64,000 nucleotides of DNA from a virus. Positions 1 through 8,744 of the stretch are shown one piece after another. A program made the position numbers and the translations under genes. The stretch lies in the IMG/VR virus record IMGVR_UViG_3300046501_000246; one strand, given 5' to 3'. Each line of letters opens with the position of its first letter. Positions within the stretch are counted from its first letter, which is position 1. The notes under the pieces are model-generated. The model had not been told where the DNA came from. It searched no databases and saw only the letters and a program-made list of their open reading frames with translations.

Positions 1-373
1 TGATCAACGCAGCCTTCATGACAGGGTCTTGAATGCTATCCAATCTTTCGCGTTGCAACTTAGCATATTCTCTTGCTTGGTCCAGAACTTCGTTCTTCAT
101 TTCTACTAAATGAGGAGGCATTTCATAAGGCTTAGTACTAATAACAACAGGCTCAGGAATCTCAACCGTCATAGGGTAAACTTCGACAACTTTAAATTTT
201 CTATCTTTGTTTTTTGCTACCCACTGAACGATCTCTTCATATGTCATGACAAGATAATTCACAGCATTATCACCGTTCCACCATCCCTCGCCATCACAAC
301 CAATATTCGTGTCAAACAGAACGACGGCAAAATGCTGGTCTGAAGGAAATCTTTTACTAATAGGAATAGTCAT
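1..373 (-). CDS. Hypothetical protein, partial (runs off the left edge)
   Basis: Hand-translated, not in the ORF track: ATG at 373, open to base 1 (MTIPISKRFPSDQHFAVVLF...QDPVMKAALI); same strand as downstream block. Confidence 0.7.
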   Translation of the reverse strand, partial: MTIPISKRFPSDQHFAVVLFDTNIGCDGEGWWNGDNAVNYLVMTYEEIVQWVAKNKDRKFKVVEVYPMTVEIPEPVVISTKPYEMPPHLVEMKNEVLDQAREYAKLQRERLDSIQDPVMKAALI

Positions 374-440
374 ATATAAATACCGCCTTGATCAATTATT
401 AATGGTGTGTTACACATCTTGATACATGACAATTTGAGGG

Positions 441-569
441 CTTCCTTAGTATTTCTCAGTAATCAAAGTAGTAGTTTTAGGTCAGTTACTACTTTGAGAG
501 GAGTATCTAAGGGAGAAGCGAGCGGGGCGACGTGACGAGAGTTGTAACAGTTTCTTTCGTCACGTCGTC
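441..569. repeat. Two adjacent inverted repeats in an intergenic gap
   Basis: Imperfect IR 441-515 (core caaagtagta/tactactttg) and an 11-bp perfect IR cgacgtgacga (528-538)/tcgtcacgtcg (557-567). Confidence 0.6.
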
Positions 570-950
570 TTAAGCTGGTACAGCCAAGCCTGCATACCGC
601 GCTGCCCCAATGAGGCGTTGTTTCATATCTTCGGGGCTTTTGGCAAAATCATGAGCCTGCTGTAGCTCACGAATAAGTGTGAGTTGTTGGTCGGAAAGAT
701 TATTCACAAAGTACTTCACGCCATTAACAGATATCCTTTCAAATTCTTCTTTGTAATCAGCATCTGGAAGGATATGCCCCGCAGCGCAGCGGCAGCCATT
801 AGCGCCTCGATACCTGCACTGAACAAAACTTGGATCAATGTCCCACATCTCATCTACCTGCTCAGGCACGACAGACTTGATAAAACCCTGCTTCTCAAGA
901 GCGGTAAACACCGCGTCAAAAAGTTCTTGTTCATTCGAAAATTGTGTCAT
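570..950 (-). CDS. Phage hypothetical protein, tandem paralog A
   Basis: 126 aa; QELFD..QG..CRYR..CAAGHILPD pattern shared with the next gene. Confidence 0.8.
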   Translation of the reverse strand: MTQFSNEQELFDAVFTALEKQGFIKSVVPEQVDEMWDIDPSFVQCRYRGANGCRCAAGHILPDADYKEEFERISVNGVKYFVNNLSDQQLTLIRELQQAHDFAKSPEDMKQRLIGAARYAGLAVPA

Positions 951-1272
951 CTGGAATCTCCAATTTGTGGCGCTGAGCTAACTTTTGAAGCCTCCAACGC
1001 ATTTCCTCAATCATCATTGATTCATCGTGAATCTCTTGAGCTTCTTCAATGAAATCTAAATGCTCCATTCCCATAAAAAAGTCAAGTTCCCTAATGGTTA
1101 AACCTTCCATTTTTCGAGCCGAATACACTTCATCTGGAATTAACCAACCTCCGACGCACTTTAACTTTCTTCGTTTATTTCTGTAACGACAATCGTAGCC
1201 TATAGTGCTTTGACGAAAGCCTTGAGATTTCATTCCGAGGTAGATAGTGTCGAAGATTTCTTGTTTAGTCAT
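931..1272 (-). CDS. Phage hypothetical protein, tandem paralog B
   Basis: 113 aa; QEIFD..QG..CRYR..KCVGGWLIPD. Confidence 0.8.
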   Translation of the reverse strand: MTKQEIFDTIYLGMKSQGFRQSTIGYDCRYRNKRRKLKCVGGWLIPDEVYSARKMEGLTIRELDFFMGMEHLDFIEEAQEIHDESMMIEEMRWRLQKLAQRHKLEIPDDTIFE

Positions 1273-1516
1273 TTAGTTTGGCTTCCGCGAAGCTCATCTC
1301 GTCTACAAGAATTAGATTTGAATCAGTTTCGATCCACGCCCTAGCGCCACAATTAAGCTGTGAGCCATCATAAACTAGTTTAGATGGGCCATCGATAATG
1401 ACTTCTCTGGCGTATCTCGTCTTGCCTCGGTCCTTAATGGTATAGACAGGCCTATTTCCACCATCTTTTGCATTTGCTGCGATGAAATGTCTGTTGACAT
1501 GAATGATTTTAGTCAC
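1265..1516 (-). CDS. Conserved phage hypothetical protein
   Basis: 83 aa IIHVN..PVYTIK..CGARAWIET; overlaps both neighbours. Confidence 0.75.
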   Translation of the reverse strand: MTKIIHVNRHFIAANAKDGGNRPVYTIKDRGKTRYAREVIIDGPSKLVYDGSQLNCGARAWIETDSNLILVDEMSFAEAKLND

Positions 1517-1677
1517 TTATCACAATATCCCATGTAATAGGCCCAAACAACGTTCTTTCCAAAGAGAATAGAATTACCTAGTCCGCAGTGGTAACTCGCT
1601 ACGCCTTTGGCATAGAGACCGAAACCGGCGAGAATAATGAATATAGTAATTCCAACAACAGGTAAAATATTACGCAT
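1513..1677 (-). CDS. Small membrane protein
   Basis: Probable ATG at 1677 (MRNILPVVGITIFIILAGFG), one hydrophobic segment. Confidence 0.55.
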   Translation of the reverse strand: MRNILPVVGITIFIILAGFGLYAKGVASYHCGLGNSILFGKNVVWAYYMGYCDK

Positions 1678-2548
1678 AAGGTTTAATAATACCTTCTGAG
1701 AGTGCTGTTTTAAAGCGGTCAACATAATTTTCGTTATACATTTCTAACACGGTAAAGTAATTTTCCCATGCGTAGGTCCGCCACCAACCAGAGGCAATGC
1801 TGGTGCACACTTTTTCAAGCGCTGTAGTAAATGACTTATACCGATCAGGCTCAAAATTAAACGGAATTTGGCTACGTTCTAGCGCGAGCGTCAGGCTTTC
1901 CTCTAAAACAGTAGCTAGCTTAATCTCTTCAGGCTGAGCCATGAATTTCTCTTTCGAGCAAAACACTTCCGCTGCATCATCTTTAATAAGTTCGAATGCA
2001 GGCGTCGAGAATGTTTTTACAGATTCATGAATCGTATCATGATCGTAGATATAAGGAACTTCATCATTACTGAAAAAGTTTTCTTTATTTCTCTTTAAAC
2101 TAGGATGACCGTAATCGTAAGTCACTTTGGATCGGCGCTTGAGCCAATCTGTCAGACTTTCAGGAACTGTAGCTCCAAGCATTCTCAAGTACCAGATATC
2201 TTTCATAGTTTTAAGAAAATGAGGGCTATTTTTAAGAAACCTATGCGACATTTTAAGTGTCAGAAGCAGATTAGGCTCAGCGATCAAATGCCCATCGTGT
2301 TGAAGACGAGCTAAATCGTAATCCTTATCGCTTATAAACATTAATTCTTGACCCGTTTCCGACGTGTCAAATTCCACCGGATCAGACCCTTGCATGAAAA
2401 TCGTCTCGCCAAATTTTGTAGGCTTGACGAGAACGATTTTATCACTATTTACTTCTTTAAAAAGTTCTAACTCACCGGGAGTTGCGATATAGTCGATATC
2501 ACTAGGGACCCGACCGAAATCAAATGCTTGAGAACCGACTAAAAGCAT
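1670..2548 (-). CDS. Pol-beta-type nucleotidyltransferase-like protein with C-terminal helical domain
   Basis: N-terminal hGS..DxD signature (LLVGSQ...PSDIDY); strong aggag RBS. Confidence 0.55.
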   Translation of the reverse strand: MLLVGSQAFDFGRVPSDIDYIATPGELELFKEVNSDKIVLVKPTKFGETIFMQGSDPVEFDTSETGQELMFISDKDYDLARLQHDGHLIAEPNLLLTLKMSHRFLKNSPHFLKTMKDIWYLRMLGATVPESLTDWLKRRSKVTYDYGHPSLKRNKENFFSNDEVPYIYDHDTIHESVKTFSTPAFELIKDDAAEVFCSKEKFMAQPEEIKLATVLEESLTLALERSQIPFNFEPDRYKSFTTALEKVCTSIASGWWRTYAWENYFTVLEMYNENYVDRFKTALSEGIIKPYA

Positions 2549-2595
2549 AACATTACTCCTTTAATAACCTTCTTTAAATTAATTTGAGGAAGGTT

Positions 2596-2733
2596 TTAGC
2601 AGCTAGAGCCTTCCCAAGAAGTCCAATCGTCATAAAGTTCAGCGTCTTCGATTGCTTCCGCGATAGTGGTGCGCTGCTCTTCGGTAAGCTCTACGCCGGA
2701 ACGAAGTAGTTCAAGGGCTTCAGTCTTTGTCAT
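2596..2733 (-). CDS. Small protein, 45 aa, paralog of the C-terminal half of 2761-3048
   Basis: Hand-translated MTKTEALELLRSGVELTEEQRTTIAEAIEDAELYDDWTSWEGSSC; aaaagga RBS. Confidence 0.75.
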   Translation of the reverse strand: MTKTEALELLRSGVELTEEQRTTIAEAIEDAELYDDWTSWEGSSC

Positions 2734-2760
2734 AATATATTTCCTTTTTAAAAGTTAATG

Positions 2761-3048
2761 TTAGCACATGGATGATGAAGATACCCAACCGCTTCGGTTG
2801 TAATAATTGTTGTCATCTTCGTCAATTATTTTGGCAATATTTTTACGCTGTTCCGCGCTAAGGTCCTTGCCCGACCTTAGAAGTGCCAGTGCGTCATCCT
2901 TAGACATACGCTCTGGATAATATGTACCGCCCATGCCGTAGGCTAAATCGAAATGAAAGGTTTCGCCGGTACTGTTTGCAATTTCTTCTGCCTCAGTAAT
3001 AAGAGACAGGGCTTGTTCTAGTAGTTTTTCAATTTCTGCTTTAGACAT
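2761..3048 (-). CDS. Phage hypothetical protein ending in WVSSSSMC
   Basis: 95 aa ORF in the minus-strand block. Confidence 0.8.
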   Translation of the reverse strand: MSKAEIEKLLEQALSLITEAEEIANSTGETFHFDLAYGMGGTYYPERMSKDDALALLRSGKDLSAEQRKNIAKIIDEDDNNYYNRSGWVSSSSMC

Positions 3049-5281
3049 TAAATATTTGTTCCATAATTTTTAAAATATTTTCTCTTGGATACTCAGCCAC
3101 TAAGGCGTCACAGTCCATCATATCGTCAACTCTGCGATCAAGAGGAAGCGCCGTAAGTTCAGGCCCATAACCGTTACGGCAGGCATTTTCCCAAGATTCT
3201 TTAATTAATTCAAATAATTCATTCTTCATAAAAATCTTTAAAACACTCTTCACATAAAACTTTTCCATTACCATCCTCGATAAATTCGAGAACGGCGCTT
3301 TCCATCCACCACCCGCAATCGGAGCAGCACTCAATGCTAGGGCGAGCGTTTAAAAGCTCGTCTTCCCAATCCAGACTTTCGTCTAGGTCCAAAGCCTCGC
3401 ATGCCATAACTATGGTCTGACACGTACCGCCAAGGAAGAAGGCCATAAGCTCCCTGTCTTCCTCAAGACTCGGCATGAGCTTCAACTTCTTTCATGATAA
3501 GATCGATCATGTCTTCCTTTATCCGACCGCTGCAATACGCCCGCATCACGATGTATAATTCTTCCATCGTCAGCTTATCCAAGTCTTGGCGATTGATCGT
3601 GCCGTCATGCTTGATAACTATTCGCTTCCCGTTTCCCACGGCAAGCATCGTGCCGTGGTACATCTTCTTGAACGCCATTTATAGCAGGCCTTTTTTGCCG
3701 GTCAGCTTCTCGATGGCGTACTGCTTCTTTGCCTCATCCATCGCAGTGATGGAGCACGCCTCGTTGATCTTATAGACCGGGAGTTGTTTCATATATTTAG
3801 GCATTTCGGTGACGCAGTTGTCGAAAATGTTTTTCGCAATCTGCTGCGTCCTACCCTCTTCGGTCTGCGGCAGGCCTAAACTGTCTCGGTAGACATAAGC
3901 CATCGAACCTAGTAAAGGGATGGCTAATACGACAAACGGCATTACAATCTTTCTATTCATGGCAAGTCCTCCTATGTTATATACTAGAAGGACACTACAC
4001 ATGATTCTTCAACGCAAGTCAAGTATTAAATTTCGTCAATTTGACGATGGCCAATACCAGCAGCGATAAGATCATTAATTAGTTGTTCCTTGGATTCATA
4101 TCCAAGCGTGGTGAAGGCGCTACCACTTTCGTCATCGATTGTAGCGGTAAAGCCATGAAATTCACCCTCTTCATGGTTAAACTCAACCAAGACAGCGACA
4201 GTTTCGACAACAGCGTCTATCTCCATGAGAGCTTCCTCGATCTCATCAAAATTTGCTGGCACTGGATCGCCAAAAAAATTCCTCTTCATTCACCGGTCTC
4301 CTTATCTCTCAGTTCATCAATGGCTTCTTGAACATCATCCATAGATCGATATTCGCCATTTAAAAAGAAACGTTTAAAAGGCCTGTACCACACTTTACAC
4401 ATAATTACGTATCGGCGCGGCGCTAAGGCATGGATAAAATATTTTACCATGATACGCGGATTACGTAATTCCCTTCTTCGATCCAACCCATATTGGCGGC
4501 ATAAGTCATGACAACCCGACGACTACGCTCCATGCTAAGCCAACCGGTACTTAAGAATTCATCAAGAACATTTTGATCCCATTGATCAAGTTCTTTTCTC
4601 TGAACCAAAACGGCATAATCTGAATAATTATTTGTATCGCCAACCTCAACAGATTTGCCAATTTTCTTGGAAAGATAAAGAGCTAGGTCGAATGCATTGA
4701 CGTAACTCGTTACCCTAATCTCCATCTTCAAGCCGTTACCCTCCACGACTCGCCCTCCTCTGATTCTTTAAACAGGTCGAAATCCATGGCATCAAGATAT
4801 CCTGATTCCCAATCTTGATATTCGTCCTGAGACATTTTGTAAGGATTTTCGCCCCGGTCAGACCCAAAGAAATATGCGTCCCAACCTTCTTCAAACGCTT
4901 TGCTCTCCACTTTCCAATTCCTCCTTTTCTTCTCCTTCAACTGAAACGATGTTAACGTTTTTAGCAAAGTATCTGATTCCATTTGACAAGTCAATAGTTA
5001 TACCGTCTGGATAACGCTTAAACAAAGTGCCTTCATATTGGTCTCGATGATAAGCGTCCCAAACGATTGCAGTGGCCATGTCAATAACGCCTCGCTAATT
5101 CTAGTCTAATAATTTCTATCTTAGATGAAGAAGCTAGGCTCTCACCAATTTCAGCGCCATGATCCTCAAGAGCCATCTGCCATTCCAGTGCTGACCGCAG
5201 CTGAGCCGTCGTCATGTCGGAAGCTTCACGACTAAGCCTCTGGCGTCGTTCTTCCCTTGTCTTGTCGTAATAACTCATCAA
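3041..5281 (-). CDS. Run of about 10 short hypothetical CDS
   Basis: Abutting or overlapping ORFs 3041-3334, 3219-3485, 3463-3678, 3679-4002 (N-terminal TM), 4026-4289, 4286-4486, 4444-4746, 4728-4994, 4891-5079, 5081-5281; several starts uncertain. Confidence 0.65.
3994..4022 (-). promoter_or_regulatory. sigma70-type promoter
   Basis: TTGACT (4022-4017), 17-bp spacer, TGTAGT (3999-3994), followed by an aggagg RBS. Confidence 0.6.
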
Positions 5282-5691
5282 AGCATCCCCTTCACAACTT
5301 TCGAAGCAGTTTTGCCGTCATATTGACCGGCATAATGATCTTTGAGATATTTCATCAAAGAACCCATTACCTTCTCTGTACCACTTTTTTCGAGAATGTC
5401 AAGGATTTCTTGCTCATTAAGTTGCTTAGGCAGGAAAGATTCGATGATAGCCTTCTCCTTAAGTGACTTAGCGTTCTCAGGCACGACGAGCAAAAATTCA
5501 ATTGTCTTCTTTTCAAAAGATTTAAGAACCTTGACCACGTCCTCTTCTGTCACGACCTTTATGCCATCAACCATTTTAGCGTTAGATTCGATCTCACCAA
5601 TGATGGTTGACAGGAAGGCCGATGTTTCAGTGTCGCGAGCCTTGCGACTGTCCAGAAAATGTGTACGAATTTTGGTCAGAGTGTCAGACAT
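5278..5691 (-). CDS. GatB/YqeY domain protein
   Basis: Start reassigned to MSDTL (ATG 5691); LSTIIGEI, EKAIIESFLPKQL.E.EI, MGSLMKYLK...GQYDGKTAS..V are typical of YqeY. Confidence 0.8.
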   Translation of the reverse strand: MSDTLTKIRTHFLDSRKARDTETSAFLSTIIGEIESNAKMVDGIKVVTEEDVVKVLKSFEKKTIEFLLVVPENAKSLKEKAIIESFLPKQLNEQEILDILEKSGTEKVMGSLMKYLKDHYAGQYDGKTASKVVKGML

Positions 5692-5920
5692 TGTTTTCTC
5701 CTCTAATGTTGTGATCAGCCACGGCACGTGCCGCATCATCAGCGTTTAAAAAGATAGCAACAAGTTCTCTGGACCGACCCTCGTCATAGGGATAAAAATG
5801 TCTAAAAACTTTGCGCTTCTCTTCCCTGTCATATTCCTCCCACGTATTTTTATCAAACTTTCGGGTAATATTTGTGACAAGGAGACTTCCTTGATACCAA
5901 ATGTCTTTATTTGTCGTCAT
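5684..5920 (-). CDS. Hypothetical protein
   Basis: 78 aa, 4-bp overlap with the upstream gene. Confidence 0.7.
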   Translation of the reverse strand: MTTNKDIWYQGSLLVTNITRKFDKNTWEEYDREEKRKVFRHFYPYDEGRSRELVAIFLNADDAARAVADHNIRGENNV

Positions 5921-6666
5921 TTATCTTTCAAACCCTCGCCATTTACTGGATTACATGTAGCACTCAACAAATGAGGATAAATTTCCCAATTGCGCATCAG
6001 GAGCTTTAACCTGAAGCCGTATGACGTTGTGGTGCAGATATTAAGGCCGGGGGGAACGGTGGCACTGACATAATCGCTGTAGAACAGACCATGGCTATGC
6101 ATCAAGCTCCACAGGTGGTTGAACAGCGTCCCTTCGATTCTAAAATAGATGGTGTCATTCTCATCCAACGGTAGGCGTGTCGCGCCTTGCACTGAGTGAA
6201 TGTTATTTTCCGAATCAATTTCTTGACTATTGTGCAAGTAAATTTTTTCATTGACTTTTGCGGTCAAACCATAACTCACCGCCTCACCGGCAAAGAATAT
6301 CATGGGCCACAGGAAGAACCAGACAAAGATCACTGAACCAGTGAGAAGCATCCCGGCCCTCACCTTGGAGAACCGGAGATTTTCAAATTCGTCACGCTGA
6401 TACACGACAAGGCTCCAAAGGCGTCTGTACTGCTTCAGGAGCTTCCAGAACGGCCAACGAACAACTTTCCATGTCGGAATACCAACGTTCCAGAACGACC
6501 ACTGGCACGCCGCTACGACCTGAAGAATGAACCTGTGGAACATGTTCAAATCTTCCGACATGCGCTCGACGCGAGATTCCGATTTTACCTTGGCCCTGTC
6601 TAGCTCAATTTTTTCCTGAGTCTCGCGAGCCCTGCGCATTTGCTCAAGAAGATCATTGTCAGCCAT
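5917..6666 (-). CDS. Membrane protein with a C-terminal Cys-containing extracytoplasmic-type domain
   Basis: 249 aa; Trp-rich amphipathic region, TM LLTGSVIFVWFFLWPMIFFAG; start overlaps the ATPase stop by 1 bp. Confidence 0.8.
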   Translation of the reverse strand: MADNDLLEQMRRARETQEKIELDRAKVKSESRVERMSEDLNMFHRFILQVVAACQWSFWNVGIPTWKVVRWPFWKLLKQYRRLWSLVVYQRDEFENLRFSKVRAGMLLTGSVIFVWFFLWPMIFFAGEAVSYGLTAKVNEKIYLHNSQEIDSENNIHSVQGATRLPLDENDTIYFRIEGTLFNHLWSLMHSHGLFYSDYVSATVPPGLNICTTTSYGFRLKLLMRNWEIYPHLLSATCNPVNGEGLKDK

Positions 6667-8663
6667 TATTGCTCCTTCTCCACCTTAAATGATTTTGTTT
6701 CAGTATCATACTTTACAGAGAGATTACCTGTAAAGCCATCGATGGCAAAATCAGCGAAAATAGGCTCAAGATTGGTTTCGATGTATCCCGGCAAGCCGCG
6801 AGCCCCAATGACAGGGTCATAGTGATCGGCGCAGAAATTCGTGATCGTTTGTCCCTGAATAGTGATAACAATCCCTTCCTCGCCATAGACGCCAGAAATT
6901 TTATTAATTTCGCGCATAACAATATGTTCGATATGTTCCACTTCAAGCTTTCTGAAGCAAACAATGTTCTCACGGCCCGCAAATCTGTTAAGGAATTCAG
7001 GACGATAGGTATTGTTTAGGTCTTCATACGCAAGAGTTTCAGCCTCCTCCCACGTCAATTCCTCATTGAGGAAATGGGGCTGACCAATATTCGTTGTCAT
7101 GATAATGATGGAATCTGCGAACGATACGGTACGGCCCAAGTTATCAGTGAGACGCCCATCAGAAAGAATCTGAAGGAAGAGATTGAAAATCTGAGGATCA
7201 GCCTTTTCAATTTCATCGAAGAGAAGAATCTGATTAGGATTGGTTCGCATCAAGTTGGTCAAAACACCACCAGCCTCAGCCAGTTCATAGCCGGGAGGCG
7301 CACCGATAAGCTTTGCCACGGCATGCTTTTCCGAGTATTCCGACATGTCGAAGCGAGCCAGCGATTTCTCACTACCTAGGAGGATTGAGGCCAAAGCCTT
7401 TGCAATTTCGGTTTTACCAACGCCAGATGGACCGAGAAACATGAACGAAGCTTGCGGAGATTCCTTATTACGACGCACGGCGCGAGCCACTTTGACCGCA
7501 TTTGCCAACTTACCAACGGCCTGTGCTTGCCCGAAGATACGCTGACCCAAAGCGTTCTCAAGACCCTTCAGCTTTTCACGCTCGTTTTCATTAAGCTTCG
7601 ACGCCGCAATTCCTGAAATCGTGGAAAATTCTTCCGTCACCATTTCTTTCGTCAAGCGTAGATCGGCATTAATTTGAAGTTTTAACTTATCAAATTCTGC
7701 CTTATTCGCATCAACTACTTTTTGGAATTCTTTAATAGTTTTGCGAAGTTCCATAACGGCGGGAGGCTCAATCCCGATATTGAAACTGTCGCCCTTGTCC
7801 TTGATTTCCTTCAGCTTTTGCTCAATATTTTCTTCAAGATTGGCGATTTCGATTTCGCCGTCTCTTTTGTTTTTATTAAATTCTCGTAGCTTTGCAGAAA
7901 CAGTTTCGTCTAGACCGGCGTGAGCCTTGAGACGATAACTGGCAAGTGCACGATCCAGAAGTGTGACGCTACGCTCTGGCTGAGCACGGCTGAGACCCGG
8001 ATCGCGGGTACGATATTTGTTCGTAAGTGTAATCGCCTCAAGAATAGCGTCATCGTTGATTACAATCTCGTGATACTTTGACAGACCTTCAGCTGTCTTC
8101 GTGACGATTTCATGAAGCGCCTCTTTGACAGGCTCAATCACGTCCATCATTGTGAAACATTCCTTCAGGTCACTATGAACCCTCATGACAGTTTCAGCAT
8201 CTTCGTCGCGCGTTTCAAAGATAACCTGAGTCAGGTTCCGCTTAACGGACGACATTAGGTCATTAATGAAATGAACCGCGCCATTGTTACGGCAAGCCTC
8301 AATGAAATCACGCGTATCTTCGATGATCAGAATAGAATCAGGCGTCTTTTCGAGACGAGCCATGATCTTTCGGAAATCTTCACTCGTCTTGTTGGAATCG
8401 CCGGATGAGAAAAGACCATCGGTATCTAGCCAGAACAATCGCTTCGCCACGATATCAAATGGCGCGTCTGGATCAGCCTTCCTCATCTGAAGTCCAAGGC
8501 ACAGCGCGGTAATACCTACACCACCGGGACCGACAAGCACGACAGAGTTAGCCGCGCTGCGCATCAAAATAGCGCTGAGCCGGTCCAAGTCGTGATTTCG
8601 ACCCACGAGATTGAATCCTACGTGCTGTGCCAGATATTCAGAACCACGAATCAGGTAATCCAA
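6666..8663 (-). CDS. ClpA/ClpB-like AAA+ ATPase lacking the N-domain
   Basis: D2 has GPSGVGKTE, RFDMSEY, GAPPGY, LFDEIEKA, QILSDGRLTD, RPEFLNR, GARGL; D1 is degenerate; TTG start with aggag RBS. Confidence 0.9.
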   Translation of the reverse strand: MDYLIRGSEYLAQHVGFNLVGRNHDLDRLSAILMRSAANSVVLVGPGGVGITALCLGLQMRKADPDAPFDIVAKRLFWLDTDGLFSSGDSNKTSEDFRKIMARLEKTPDSILIIEDTRDFIEACRNNGAVHFINDLMSSVKRNLTQVIFETRDEDAETVMRVHSDLKECFTMMDVIEPVKEALHEIVTKTAEGLSKYHEIVINDDAILEAITLTNKYRTRDPGLSRAQPERSVTLLDRALASYRLKAHAGLDETVSAKLREFNKNKRDGEIEIANLEENIEQKLKEIKDKGDSFNIGIEPPAVMELRKTIKEFQKVVDANKAEFDKLKLQINADLRLTKEMVTEEFSTISGIAASKLNENEREKLKGLENALGQRIFGQAQAVGKLANAVKVARAVRRNKESPQASFMFLGPSGVGKTEIAKALASILLGSEKSLARFDMSEYSEKHAVAKLIGAPPGYELAEAGGVLTNLMRTNPNQILLFDEIEKADPQIFNLFLQILSDGRLTDNLGRTVSFADSIIIMTTNIGQPHFLNEELTWEEAETLAYEDLNNTYRPEFLNRFAGRENIVCFRKLEVEHIEHIVMREINKISGVYGEEGIVITIQGQTITNFCADHYDPVIGARGLPGYIETNLEPIFADFAIDGFTGNLSVKYDTETKSFKVEKEQ

Positions 8664-8692
8664 AATTTTTCTCCTTATAAGTTTAGATGTAA

Positions 8693-8731
8693 TTAAGGCG
8701 CTATTTAAAGCGCCTTAAGTTACTTTGTCAA
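8693..8731 (-). promoter_or_regulatory. Promoter whose -10 box is the loop of a 10-bp inverted repeat
   Basis: TTGACA (8731-8726), N17, TTAAAT (8708-8703); IR ttaaggcgct (8693-8702)/agcgccttaa (8709-8718). Confidence 0.6.
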
Positions 8732-8744
8732 GTGAAAGAACGTT

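Noticed and set aside
110-1052. Plus-strand ORFs 110-343 and 684-1052, and similar antisense ORFs throughout (e.g. 8811-9419, 20218-20703, 44695-45111, 54261-54782)
   Set aside because: Shadows of better-supported genes on the opposite strand; no RBS or motifs
4967-4994. TTGACT-N17-TACTTT minus-strand match with a TTGACAAGTCAA near-palindrome, and other intragenic TTGACA hits (26050, 43255, 54147)
   Set aside because: Inside coding sequence with weaker -10 or spacing; cannot be told from chance without TSS data
6666-8663. Calling the ATPase ClpV of a type VI secretion system
   Set aside because: No N-domain and no T6SS genes in the window
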